NCBI RefSeq assembly: GCF_004010195.1 | Contig: NC_057718.1 | Span: 90,935,353 to 90,999,352, forward strand | Direction of reading: 5' to 3' | DNA length: 64,000 bases | From: Chiloscyllium plagiosum | Lineage: Eukaryota | In this document: positions 25,620 to 37,370 of the stretch, in pieces | How positions within the stretch are numbered: position 1 is the stretch's first letter | How the letters are laid out: each line of letters starts with the position of its first letter | Position numbers and translations under genes: made by a program | Notes under the pieces: model-generated | What the model was told of the DNA's origin: nothing | Databases searched by the model: none | Seen by the model: only the letters and a program-made list of their open reading frames with translations

Positions 25620-26680
25620 ATAGAAGATCGTAGAATCATATAGCATAGAAACCGACCCCTCTGTCCAACTCATGCACGCTGACCAAACATTCCAATCCGA
25701 CCTAGTCCCATTTGCCAGCATTTAGCCCATATCACTCTTAAGCCCTTTCTATTCATGTACCCACCCAGATACCTTTTAAAATGTTATAATTGTACCATTT
25801 CCTTTGGTAGCTCATTCCATACATGCACTACTCTCTGCCTGAAAAATGTACTTCTCAGGTCCTTTTTACATCTTTCCTCTCTCACCTTAAACCTGGACTC
25901 CTCCAGATTAGGAAACAGACCTTGGTAATTCACTCTATCCATGCCTATGATTTTATAAAACTCTATTAGGTCACCCCTCAGTCTCTGACACTCCAGGGAC
26001 AAAAAGCCCCAGCCTACTCAGCCTCTCCCTACAGCTCAAACCTCCAGTCCGGGCAACATCCTTGTAACACTTTCCTGCATCCTCTCGAGTTTAACAACAT
26101 CTCTCTACAGAAAGGCAACCAGAATTGTATGCAGTATTCTAAAGGTTGCCTTATCAATGTCTTGTATAGTTGCATCATGACATCCCAATTCCTATACCAA
26201 ATGTTGTGATCAATGAAGGCAAGCATGCCAAACGCTGCCTTCACCACTCTGTCTAGCTGTGACACCACCTGCAAGGAACTGTGCACTTGCACCCAATGTC
26301 TCTGTTTGGCAACACTCCCCAGACACTCCCAAAATTCCTGACGAAGGGGTTTTGCCCAACATGTCGATTCTCCTACTTCTCGGAAGCTGCCTGACCTGCT
26401 GTGCTTTTCCAGCACCACACTCTCGAATGAACACTCCCCAGGACCTAGTTAAGTGTTTAAGTCTTGCCCTGGTTTTCCTTCCCAAAATGCAACACGTGAC
26501 ATTTATCTAAGTTAGATTTCATCTGTCATTCCTTGGCCCATTGACTCATCTGATCAAAGTCCTGTTGTACTCTGAGAGAACTTTCTTCACTGTCAACTAC
26601 ACCACCTGTTTTGGTGTCATCTGCAAACTTGGTAACCATACCTCCTATATTCACATTCAAATCATTTATAAAACATACCA
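25620..26680 (-). mobile_element. CR1/HER1 LINE 3' 1 kb
   Basis: Peptides 'FINDLNVNIGGMVTKFADDTKTGG', 'LEYCIQFWLP' and 'LRGDLIEFYKI'. Confidence 0.9.
26323..26429 (+). mobile_element. Short family A HHR element inserted in a CR1 LINE
   Basis: 12-bp TSD AACACTCCCCAG at 26311-26322 and 26430-26441. Degenerate core CTGACGA-A-GGGG-TTTT-GCCC-AACA-TGTC. Confidence 0.85.
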
Positions 26681-27179
26681 AAACCAAAAATAAATTCACT
26701 GTTAATGCCTGGTTACATGTAACTCCAATTCCCTTCCACACCCCCTATTACCAAACTTTCCACACATGCTAATTACCTCAATAGCCTCAATAGCTCTAGC
26801 AAGTCTTCAGGAGCGACCTTTTTGTATGTAACATTTCCTGAAAATCTTTTATCTATAATATTCAGTTTACACAGTTATCCCTCTTAAAAAGAAAGTTTGG
26901 ATGTTTCAAACAAAATCTGCCTTTAACAAACCTGTTCTGGCTATCTTAAATCAACCCATTGCATTTGATTGATGTTTAACATATTTGTCTTTCTTTCCTT
27001 CAGTGTCATTTCCCATTTTGGATGGGATCTCTGATTTATTTTAACACCCTCGGATGTATAACATCCAGTTTCAGTGATTTATTCTCTTTAAATTTTACAA
27101 CTACATTTCCACATTGTTTCTTCTGTTTCTCAAATTACACTCTCCTTCTCACTTACAGCATCATTCGTGAAAGCAGATG

Positions 27180-28180
27180 GTGTAGGGGTAATATATTAGC
27201 ATGGATAGGGAATAGATTGGCCAGCAGAGAGAAGAGACAAATAGGTCATTTTTGTGTTGGCAATCTATAACCAGTGGAGGACTGTGTAGGGATTGGTGCT
27301 GGAGCTATAACTAATTACAATCTGTATAAATGACTTGAAAGAAGGGACTGAGTGTATGGTTGTGAAATATGCCAAAGATGCCCAGAGAGGCTGGAAAGTA
27401 AGTTGTGACACTGACAGTTTATGAATGGTTTTGAGTGATTGGGCAAAAATAGAGCATAATGTGGGAAAATGTGAACTTTTCCACCTTGGCAGGAAGAATT
27501 GAAAAGTGATATATTATTCAAATGTAGAAAAAATGCAAAGCTCTGGGGTACAGGTAGATCTGGGTCTCTTGGTACAGGAATCACAAAACTTAGCATATAA
27601 GGCAAATGTGATGTTGCAAGGAAGGTGGATTATGAAAGTAGAGAGTATAGAAGGTGAGGCCACATTTGGAATACTGTGATCTCCTTATTTAAGAAGCATG
27701 GAATAGCATTAAAAGCAATTCAAATAAGGTTCACTCAACTTGGTTTGAAGGTATTATCCTATGAGGAAAGACTGGACCTCTCTCTATTGAAGTTTAGAAG
27801 GAAGATGGTGATTTTATTGAAATATATTAGATTCTGAGGGGACTTGACACAGTGGATTCTGAGAGGAATTTGCCCCTTGTGGGAGTGACTGAAATTGGGG
27901 CTCAGTCCATTAATAGGCATTTTCCATTTATCACAGAGATGAGGTATTTTTTATCAGAGTTTTTAGCCTATGGAATTGACTTCCCCAGAGAGCAGTGAAG
28001 GCAGTGTGTTGGATATTTATTGGACTGGGTTAGATGGATTCTTGATTGAAAAGGGAGCCCAAGGAAATTGGGATCGACAAGAAAGAAGAATTGAGGCCAC
28101 AATTGGATTGGTCACAATCTCATCAAATGTTGGAACAGGCTCGATGGGCTGAATGGTCTACTCCTGCTCCACATTGGTAC
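27180..28180 (+). mobile_element. Old CR1-type LINE fragment
   Basis: Peptide 'RGNILAWIGNRLASREKR', later CR1 ORF2 remnants, and 3' UTR GGGCTGAATGGTCTACTCCTGCTCC. Confidence 0.7.
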
Positions 28181-28204
28181 GTTCATATAAATAACAATCA
28201 TTTA

Positions 28205-28560
28205 GGGTGATATGGTGGCTTAGTGGTTAGCACTACTGCCTCAAAGTGCCAGGGACCTGGGTTTGATTCCACCCTCTGGCAACTGTCTGTGTGGAGTTTG
28301 CATGTTCTCCTCTTGTCTGCCTGGGTTTCCTCTGGGTGCTCCAGTTTCCTCCCAGAGTCTAAAGATGTGCAGGTGAGGTGGATTGGCCATGTCAAATTGC
28401 CCAAAGTGTTCACAGATGTGCAGGCTAGGTGGATTAGCCATGGGAAAGGTAGAGTTACAGGGATAGGGTGCGGGCATGGCTCTGAGTGGGCTGCTCTTCA
28501 GAGGGTCGGTGTGGACTCGATGGGCCAAATGGACTGCTTCCACACTGCAGGGATTCTATG
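28205..28560 (+). mobile_element. HE1-type SINE with duplicated internal unit
   Basis: Consensus head. GATGTGCAGG..AGGTGGATT.GCCAT occurs twice, about 51 bp apart. Confidence 0.9.
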
Positions 28561-28748
28561 ATTAATTCAGTTCCGTTGTTGGGCTTCTTTCTTCACCCAT
28601 AATAATGTAATTCTTTTAATTATTCTTCTAGTTTCTAAGTATCTGTAATTTTTTTGGCCATGTAATCTCTGTCTCCACATTCCTACTCTCTGAATTCCTC
28701 CTCATTTATGGACTCTTAGAGTCTCTTTAATGTTACTTTATTACACAA

Positions 28749-28800
28749 TTTGGAGGTGCCGCTGTTGGACTGGGGTGGACAAACTTAAAAATCGCACAAC
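28749..28800 (-). mobile_element. Family B 3'-terminal stub
   Basis: GGAGGTGCCGCTGTTGGACTGGGGTGGACAAACTTAAAAATCGCACAAC matches 48235-48284. Imperfect flanking repeat TTATT(A/T)CACAAT. Confidence 0.7.
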
Positions 28801-29364
28801 TTATTTCACAATCCTGCACATTCCTTTCAATTTTCGGTTTACTTTTAATCACTTAACTATTCTTTGTTCACTTTGCACCTTGCAAGAGTATATTTATTTT
28901 GAATTAACATTATCACAATTAAAGATCTCTGTCAAACTATTGCTAGCTTCACTGTTTAGCCATCTTGAGTGATCAGCATTCTTACCTGATCTTACCTGTT
29001 CTCCAGTTAAGCACCCTTGCCTTTGACCTCACATTGTTCTTTAGGTGAAGTTATGTTGCACTTGTATTATTTTCCTTTTGTTCTGCCCTCAGTTATTTAC
29101 CCAAATTTGTTCAGTTAAACTCTGGGAAACAATGACTAAAAGTAGTCTTCGAGGCAATTTGAAAATTGTTACTCGCTTTATCCCTGGAATTAAGATTTAC
29201 AAAAAAATCTTTTGCAGTTGTCATGTGTGTTATCACTGTGTTTTTAGTTTAATGCATTTTCTTGTTTAAAAAGTTTGGACTTTCTTGGGGCAACCCAATA
29301 TAAGAGCCATTCCCAATATAACAACCACTCCACAGGAATTTTGTAACTTTTAAAAAATAGAGCA

Positions 29365-29650
29365 GACATAGAAATGTAGAAGATAGGAGCAGGAGGAGGC
29401 CGTTCAGCCCTTTTAGCCAGCTCTGCCATTCATCACTGTCATGGCTGATTGTCCAACTCAGTAGCCTAATCCTGCTTTCTCCCCATAACCTTTGATTCCA
29501 TTTGCCCCAAATGCTATATGTAGCCGCCTCTTGAATACATCCAATATTTGGGCATCAACTACTTGCTGTTGTAATGATTTCCATAGGCTCACCACGTGAA
29601 ATGTCTCCTCATCTCTGTCTAAATGGTGTACCCCAAATCCTCACACTGCA
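29365..29650 (-). mobile_element. CR1-type LINE 3' end
   Basis: ATAGGAGCAGGAGGAGGCCGTTCAGCCC 3' UTR inverse with adjacent ORF2-end remnants. Confidence 0.7.
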
Positions 29651-30179
29651 GTTGCTATCGAAATTTCTTGCTAAGATACAAAAGAGCTATCATGCGTGCA
29701 GTTTGTAATGGCACAGTTTACTGGCTCGCAGATATATGATGTCCATCTCCTTTCCCTTGCCAATCATGCTCCAAAAGTCTCCCTTCCCTCTTGCCCCTCT
29801 CCAAATCATTTTAATACTTATGGTCTAGAAAAATCAAAACTGTATGAAAACAGTTAATGTTTTAGTACATGGAGGAAGTAATGAAATAATTCATTTGTGC
29901 TACGGGGAAGTTCCCTGCACATGATATTGTTAACTTTCCTTTTAGCAATAATCATTGTTACTGACCTGAATGTGCTGCCTTAACTGGGAGCTCCAGGGCA
30001 GTTTGACCCAGCCTACCTAGCCCCAATACTTGAAACTGTCTCGTATACATTGAGACCTCACTCAGCTCTAGTAATATCAATAGGTCGGATTTGAAACTCT
30101 AACTTGTGATAAGTATTGATTTCAGGCAGCCATGAGTGGTGTGATTCTTTTTCTTGAATTGTGCTCACCATTAAATAGG

Positions 30180-30830
30180 GTCGTAGACAGACATGAAAAC
30201 AGACCCTTTGGTCCAACTCGTCCATGTGAACCAGATATACTAACCTAATCTAGTCCCATTTGCCAGCACTTGGCCCACATCCTTCTCAACCCTTCCTATT
30301 CATACACTCCTCCAGATGCCTTTTGAATGCTAGCCTCAACCACTTCCTCTGGCAGCTCATTCCATACATGCACCACCCTCTGCGTGAAAGAGTTGACCAT
30401 TAGGTCCCTTTTATATCTTTCCTCTCTCACCCTAAACCTGTGCTCTCTAGTTCTGGACTCCCCGACCCCAGGGAAAAGACCTTGTCTATTTACCCTATAC
30501 ATACCCCTCATGATTTTATAAACCTCTATAATGTCACCCCTCAGCTTCCGACGCTCTAGGGAAAACAGCCTCAGCCTATTCAGCCTCTCCCTATAGCTCA
30601 AATCTTCCAACCCTGGCAACATCCTTATAAATCTTTTCTGAACCCTTTCAAGTTTCATAACATCCTTCCGATAGTAAGGAGACCAGAATTGCATGCAGTA
30701 TTCCAAAAGTGGCCTAATCGATGTCCTGTACAGCCGCAACATGACCTCCCAACTCCTGAACTCTGACCAATAAAGGAAAGCATATCAAACGTATTCTTCA
30801 CCATCCTGTCTACCTGTGACACTACTTTCA
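30180..30830 (-). mobile_element. CR1/HER1 LINE 3' fragment
   Basis: ORF 30296-30742 'LEYCMQFWSPYYRKDVMKLERVQKRFIRMLPGL...'. Confidence 0.9.
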
Positions 30831-31319
30831 TATTGAAGCTGTTTCACTGATAAAGTTTGATTCAACTTTAAATGTCATTTTTTTTTAACAGTCCTAGCCT
30901 CTCACTTCCAGAAGTCATGCCCCCAACCCAAACATTGCCCTCTATTTGGGTTTGGGAAGGATTTCCCATTTATCATTCTACTTTTACCTAACAACACCTA
31001 GAAAAATAGGGTGAATTTCTTTCTTGCCCTTCCCTAAGTAACTGCAGTCAAATATCTTTCATACGCAACTGTCTTTAGCACTAAAGATAAAACAGCCTTT
31101 GCGTGCGCCTGCGCATGCTTGACAATTCCTCTGTTTCTACTACATCCCCCTTCCTCCATTCACCTCATATCTTTAGAAATCTTTCTCGGACCTTGAAATT
31201 GGATGACTGGTGCTTCTGGTGAGAAGCCGGTGACGATGAGAATGTGGCAGGCACCCATATAGATGGTGCCAAGCTCGAGCCAGCTGGTCACAGAACTACA
31301 GAGAATGCCAGTCTGAACC

Positions 31320-31569
31320 AAAAGAAAACTGCTGGAGATCACCGCTGGTCAGGCAGCATCCGTGGGGAGAGAGCAAGCTAACATTTCCAGTCTAGATGAC
31401 TCTTCATCATAGCTGACATGGAGTGATGTCAACTCTGAAGAGTCATCTGGACTTGAACCATTAGCTTGCTCTCTCTCCACGGATGCTGCCTGACCCGCTG
31501 TGATCTCTGACGTTTTTTTGATTTCAGTACAGACTCCAGCATTTGCAGTAATTTGTTCCTCTATAACCT
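31320..31569. mobile_element. Fold-back PLE-derived element, family C
   Basis: 9-bp TSD GTCTGAACC at 31311-31319 and 31570-31578. Long inverted arms. Minus-strand degenerate core ATGATGA-A-GAGTC-ATCTA-GACTG-GAAA-TGTTA. Confidence 0.8.
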
Positions 31570-31589
31570 GTCTGAACCTAGTTTCGACC

Positions 31590-32240
31590 AAAAGCTCTGA
31601 GATGCAGAGAGATCTGCGTTGTTCTCGTGCGTGCATCTCAGAAGGTAAATGTGCAAGTACAGCAAGTAATCAGTAAAGCCATTAGAATGTTATGTTTTTA
31701 TTGTGAGGGGAATTAAGTGTGCAAGTAGGAATGTTATGCTTCGGTTATACAGGACATTGAGATCATATCAGGAGTACTGTGAACAGCACTGGTCACCATA
31801 ATTACAGGAAAATGTTAATGCGTTCGAGGCAGTTCAGAGGTTTATTGAGCTAAAACCTAAATGAGCAGATTGTCTTATGAGGAAAGGCTAGGCATATATC
31901 CTCAAAAACTTAGAAGAGTCGAATGTGAATTAATTTCCTGAGGGGAGTTGACCGAGTGGATGTTGAAAGGAAGTTTCTTTTGGGGGAATCTAGAATTAGT
32001 GGTGATGGTTTTAAATGTGCAGACCCTTGTTTTTAAACTGAGATGAAGCTTTTTTCTGTGAAGGTTGAGAGTCTTTGGCATTTCCTTCTTCAAAAGGAAG
32101 TGGATGCAGAACCTTTAAACATTTTTAAGGTGGAAATACTTTCTGGATTACCAAAGGGATGGAAGATTATCGGGGATTTGAAGGAGTATAGAGTTAAGGT
32201 TGAAATGAGATCAGCCTCGATCTTACTGAGTGGCAGGAAT
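31590..32240 (+). mobile_element. Old CR1-type LINE 3' fragment
   Basis: Degenerate 'QRDL.VLV', 'EYC.QHWSPY' and 'SYEERL' remnants, plus 3' UTR. Confidence 0.65.
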
Positions 32241-33719
32241 TGGATCATGACTGACAGCACTATACACCAATATAGATTTATTCCAGCCCAATAGGAGGCC
32301 ATTTGGCACGTTGACTCCATGCCAGCTCTCTGTAGAGCAATCCATTTCCCTGCTTTATCCCTGTAGCCCTGCAAGTTTATTTTCCCCAAGTGGCCATCAC
32401 GTTTTTTCTTTTGAAATTGTTATTTTGTGTCCCAATTCCCTCCAAAGCAACTAGTTCCAGGTCACTCCCACTTGCTAGGTAAGGAAACTCTTCATTGCAA
32501 CCGCCTCTAACTTTTTCCCAGAGCCTCAAGTCTGTGTCCTGCAGTCATTGTTCCATCAGCTAATGAAATCAATGTTTCTTTGTCTATCTTACTAAACCTG
32601 TCATTAATCTAATACTTCTGTCAGAGCTCATTTGCTACAAGAATCACTGCAACATCTGTAACCAAACCTTGCAGTGAAACTAATTCATTTATGGAATCAT
32701 TCTGGTCAGGATGCTGTAGTTGCAGCCTCACTAGAGCGTTACACCGATAGTGAGTATGTCTGTTTACTGGTCTGACACGAGAGAATGTAAATCAGTTAAT
32801 GTCCTTTGGATAGAGAGCTGCAGTGAACATGCCAGCCCCAGTCTGAGAGGAGCCAGGTTATCTTTGTCCCATGCTGAGGTTACTATCACAGCTGCAGCAT
32901 GCACATTTCAATGAGAACAGCATTTCTACTCTCTGAAATCTTGAAATCAGCAAAGAAAAACCCTTCAGCAGCTACTGCACCACCCTTTCCCTTGAAGCAA
33001 CTACACTACAAAAAGCAGCAAACACTTGTAGAATCAACCAGCAAGGTAATCAATCACCAATTAACCTGTAAGTTCTTGATAATCAATTTAAATACATGCT
33101 GGCTCAGGATCTTTCCTACACTTAAGAGGTACATGCACATGTATAAATTAGGAGCAAGCCATTTCACTCTGCCTCCCCATTTCATAATGTTGAGGCTGAT
33201 CTGGTTGCAATCTTCACTTATCCTGTTTGTGCTCATTCTTTCACTCCCTTGTCAGCTGAGCTCCAAATCTCAACTGCCAAAGCAAGATATCCTGATTAAA
33301 GTCACTGTCTGACTGTTCTGCATACTTCCAGCAGTCAGTGATTGGCAGTACCTATATAATTTTCAATGTGATTCATCCTTCACCTTGGTGCATACACCCT
33401 GAATGTCACTCTGGAGCATCAAGGTCTCTCCTAAACTGGGGTATTCTTTCTGTATTCTTTCTTTTAAATTTGAGCTTTTATTGCCCATATTGATTACCCT
33501 ATTGAGCCAAAGAGAGGAACCATATGACTGTGCTTTTGTATTATTGAGCTCAAATCACAATAGAATTCGGCGAAGTGTCATTGACAAAAATTCAGCATTG
33601 ATATCGCAGGTGCTATCAGACCACTAGAATATAACGTGCGTTGGTGTCTGAGAAACAGCTGTTATGAATGCAAAATATCCTAGCCACTCCCTATTATCTG
33701 TAGCTCTGGCAGCAGTCAG

Positions 33720-34290
33720 GTTAAGCCAGTTTGATTGAAAGTTTGATGTCACACTTGACCCCAAGAAGACATTCCAGTCTCCTATTCAGAGCATCACTAA
33801 GGTCGCTGATCTCCGCGACATCGCCCTGAATTTTGATGCTGCTTCGACTTGTCGGGTGCTAAATCCCTCAATCATTTCTTTGCTGCCTCTGGACTCTGCT
33901 ATTCCAACACACTCACAGCTGATACCCCACAATCTATCCCCTTGAAATCTGGGATCGTCCAAAACTCTGCTGCCTGCGTCTTGTAGCAAGACCCATTCAC
34001 ACATTCGCCCTCTGCTTGCTAATCAGCTTTACCTCTGGTTGACCAATTATTTTAAAGAGTTGTTTTCAAATTCCTCTACTGCCTTGCCTATCCCTGTGTC
34101 TCTCATCTCGGTCAGCCCCACAGCTTATGTGCACTCCTGCAATCCTGGCGTCTTGCGTGTTCCCAGGGATAATTGCTCCACCACTTGACCCATAAGCTCT
34201 GGAATTCCCTCCCTATGTCACTCTGCCTCTCTACCTTTAAAACCTTAAACCCTGCATCTTTGACCAAACCTTTGGTCATTTGACGTAATA
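33720..34290 (+). mobile_element. L2-type LINE 3' fragment
   Basis: Degenerate 'V..DP...F...I.SITK.A', 'QNSAA.VL' and 'LWNSLP..L.L' C-terminal motifs typical of L2. Confidence 0.6.
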
Positions 34291-34298
34291 TCTTATTG

Positions 34299-34422
34299 GG
34301 AGAATGTGAGGACTGCAGATGCTGGAGATCAGAGTCGAGAGTGTGGTGCTGGAAAAGTACAGCAGGTCAGGCAGCATCCGAAGAGCAGGAGAATCGATGT
34401 TTCGAGCATAAGCCCTTCATCT
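34299..34422 (-). mobile_element. Short family A HHR element
   Basis: 14-bp TSD GTAATATCT(T/C)ATTG at 34285-34298 and 34423-34436. Reverse complement GATGA-A-GGGC-TTAT-GCTC-GAAA-CATC. Confidence 0.85.
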
Positions 34423-35029
34423 GTAATATCTCATTGCATAGCTCAAGGTCCTACCTAATTTCGGGCCTTCAGGTGTTTCATTCCACTCAAAGTAAAAGTA
34501 AAAGTTGTTGTTTCTACGGAGTGGTGTTCTGGTATTTTGAGAAAATGGTTAAAAAAAATCTCTACCCAAAGAGTCCTAGACTAAAACCTCACAGATGGTC
34601 CATCATGCATCAGTGTCAGCTCTTTGGTAGAACACTCCAATTATTCCCACTCCTCTGCGCTTTTCCTGTAATTTTGTAATTATTTTCCTTTCAAGTTTTT
34701 GTTTGAAATTTACTTCCTCTACTTTCTCAGGGAATATATCCCAGACCATCAGAGCTTGTAGCAAAAGAAAATTCCTGGTGTTGCCTTTGGTTCTTGTAAC
34801 AACCAACTTAAATGTGTCTCTTCTGACTAATGACAACTCTGACACTGAGCTGTTTCTTCTTATTCCCTCTGTCAAAGCCATTCATGATGAATTCCGATGA
34901 ACTTTCTCTGCTTTGAGTGGGCCCACACCAGCCCCCCTACTTCCCTCGAATAGCTAATGTAATAACAGCTATGTCTTATGTATTTGTTAAGATTCACCAG
35001 ACTAATTTCTGTGATGGTAGGATTATCTG

Positions 35030-35480
35030 TATGATGAGAGAGTTGGTCAAGTGGACCTGTATTCATCAGAGTTACAAAGAATGAGGGGATCCCTTTGAAA
35101 TGTATAAAAATTCTGACAGAGCCAGACAGATCGGATTCAGGGGTGAGGTTTTCTCTGGACACGTACCCCATTCCCGCCCAACTCTGCCACCCACATTTTT
35201 GAACCAAGGAGTGACGGTCTCTGGATACAGAGTAGGTCACTTCAGACTGAGATGAAGAGAATTTGTTTTTGCCATTCAGAGGGTGGCGAACATTTGGAAT
35301 TATCTATCCCAGACGGATATGGGGGGGCTGAGTCCCTGAGTATATTTAAGAAAGAAATAGATTCCGAGAGGCAAAGAGAATAAGGAGAGAGGAGTATGGC
35401 ATTGAGATAGAGAGTCATCTATGATTATGTTGAATGGCAGAAACGATGGGCTGAATGGCCTACACGTCCACTTATTTTCT
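35030..35480 (+). mobile_element. Old CR1-type LINE 3' fragment
   Basis: 'RMRG...EMYKIL' remnant and 3' UTR GATGGGCTGAATGGCCTAC. Confidence 0.65.
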
Positions 35481-35824
35481 GTGTATTGTGTCATAATCTA
35501 ACCACGACTCCACACACACAAAAAATACAGGTAATCACGAGTCACATTTCAAACAGGCAGCTATTCCAGAAAAAGGACTGAAGATGAATACTGGAAACAG
35601 CGTGGTGTCTGGGAAACCAATATCCTCTGATCATTCCCTGCACTTTGGCTCAAAAGGTATACTCTGGCTTGTAAATCATGCAATATGTTTGATGACCAGC
35701 TCAAATTGTACCAAACAAAAATAATAAAGATGCCCCGGAGGTTTCATGGTTGTCCAAGGAGTTAGTGCTGTAACCTTTCTAAAGCCTTCGTGCACATGTA
35801 GTGTGTTTTTCTTTGGTTTTATTA

Positions 35825-36060
35825 ATGCTTTTTTTACATAGAGGGTGCTGCGTGTGTGGGATGAGCTGCCAGAGGAAGTGGTGGAGGCTGCTACGATTAC
35901 AATTAAAAGGTATCTGGATGGGTATAAAGAATAGGAAGGGTTTAGAGGGATACGGGCCAAATGCTGGCAAGTGGGAGTAGATTATTTAAGGCTATCTGGT
36001 AGGCATGGATGAATTGGACCGAAGGGTTTGTTTCCATGCTATACACCTCTAACACTCTAT
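35825..36060 (+). mobile_element. CR1/HER1 LINE 3' end
   Basis: 'VWDELPEEVVEA' remnant and conserved 3' UTR. Confidence 0.8.
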
Positions 36061-36939
36061 GGCTTTATACCTCAAATGTCCATTTGCCCCTTGAATTTGC
36101 AGGTTAGATTTTCACTCAGTCTATTTGCTCACCATGTCTTCCCTGGCTCGCAATTTGAGCTGTTCCACTATCATAATGTAGACTACGGCCTCACCTGGAG
36201 ATCAGTTCTGGATATGACAGTGCCTTGCCTGTCTTGCCTCCACATGTCCATCCACTATAACAGGAGGACACAAGTTACTTTCTTTTCTGACAAATAGGAT
36301 CAAAGTCTTTGCTGGGAGTAAAAGTCCTAAATGAAATGTGTGTTTGGACAGTTTGCATTCTGTTCAGTCGAGCACAGCTTGGATTTCTGCTCTACTTTTT
36401 TCCTCGGCACTCATTGCTTTTTCTTTTGATGTTTCTCATTGAACTGCAGGCTGCTAAAATTTAGCAGTCTGTTTGATCACTCAGAATGTAGCATTGGGAT
36501 TTTCAAAGTGGAGCTTCAGCTGTGCCTTTTGTAAACTATAAAGATCAAAGAAGACAAAGAAGTTGGTGTTGGTGACTATAGAACAGTGTTTGTGGTGACT
36601 TGTCCTCTCAACAATCCGGATGAAATGGGCAAGGGAGGAAAGAAAACTGACAAAACCCTTACATCAGTGAACATTGTAATTGCAACATATTTCCTGTAGT
36701 TTCTTTTTTAACTTTTTCAGCCTCAACTATAATCTCTTCCTTGCCCCTCTTACAGCCCATTCCCTTTTCCTGCCAGCCTTTCTTTCGGTCTTCGAACGTC
36801 GTAAGCCTGCTACCGGGATGAGTACTCAGAAAATTCTGTTACCTCAGGTGACAAGCTTGTATCTTGTTGCTGAACGTAATGCCCTTGCAGGGAAGGCAGT
36901 GATCATCTTTTTGGCCAACTCACGATCAACATGAGGGGC

Positions 36940-37370
36940 AGCATCGGACTGATCCTTGGGACCACGCTGATGGTATATAGGCTCTCGCATTCTTTCTATG
37001 GCTGTGAAATATGGACAACTTACTGCTATCAAGAAACTCAAAAATTTCATTCTCACTGTCTGCGGCTCATTGTGGATGTAACTTGGGAGGTCAATCAGGG
37101 ACTCAGCTGCCCTCTGAAAGGCTGAAGTTTGTCATAGAGAATTAAACTTTCTGATCTGCAAGAGGGAAGGCCATCACAAGCCCATGGAATAGCTGTGTGA
37201 TAACGGAGGTGTAACCAGACAATTTGAAGGGTGCCTAAAGCTTTGCTTACAGGAGTGCTTTAAAGGCCATAGACTTTGTTGCAGCAGGGAGTCACTAGCA
37301 AACAACAGAGAGAAATGGCAGCACCTCCTATGAGCTGTCACCCATCACCTCCAATGATTAGTGTCTACAC
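36940..37370 (+). mobile_element. RTE-type LINE relic
   Basis: Peptide 'FYGCEIWTTYCYQETQKFHSHCLRLIVDVTWE' matches the RTE motif 'LYG.E.WT......L..FH..CLR.I..I.W'. Confidence 0.65.

Noticed and set aside
31101..31118. NRF1-like GCGCCTGCGCATGC motif
   Set aside because: Isolated, with no surrounding CpG island or other support.
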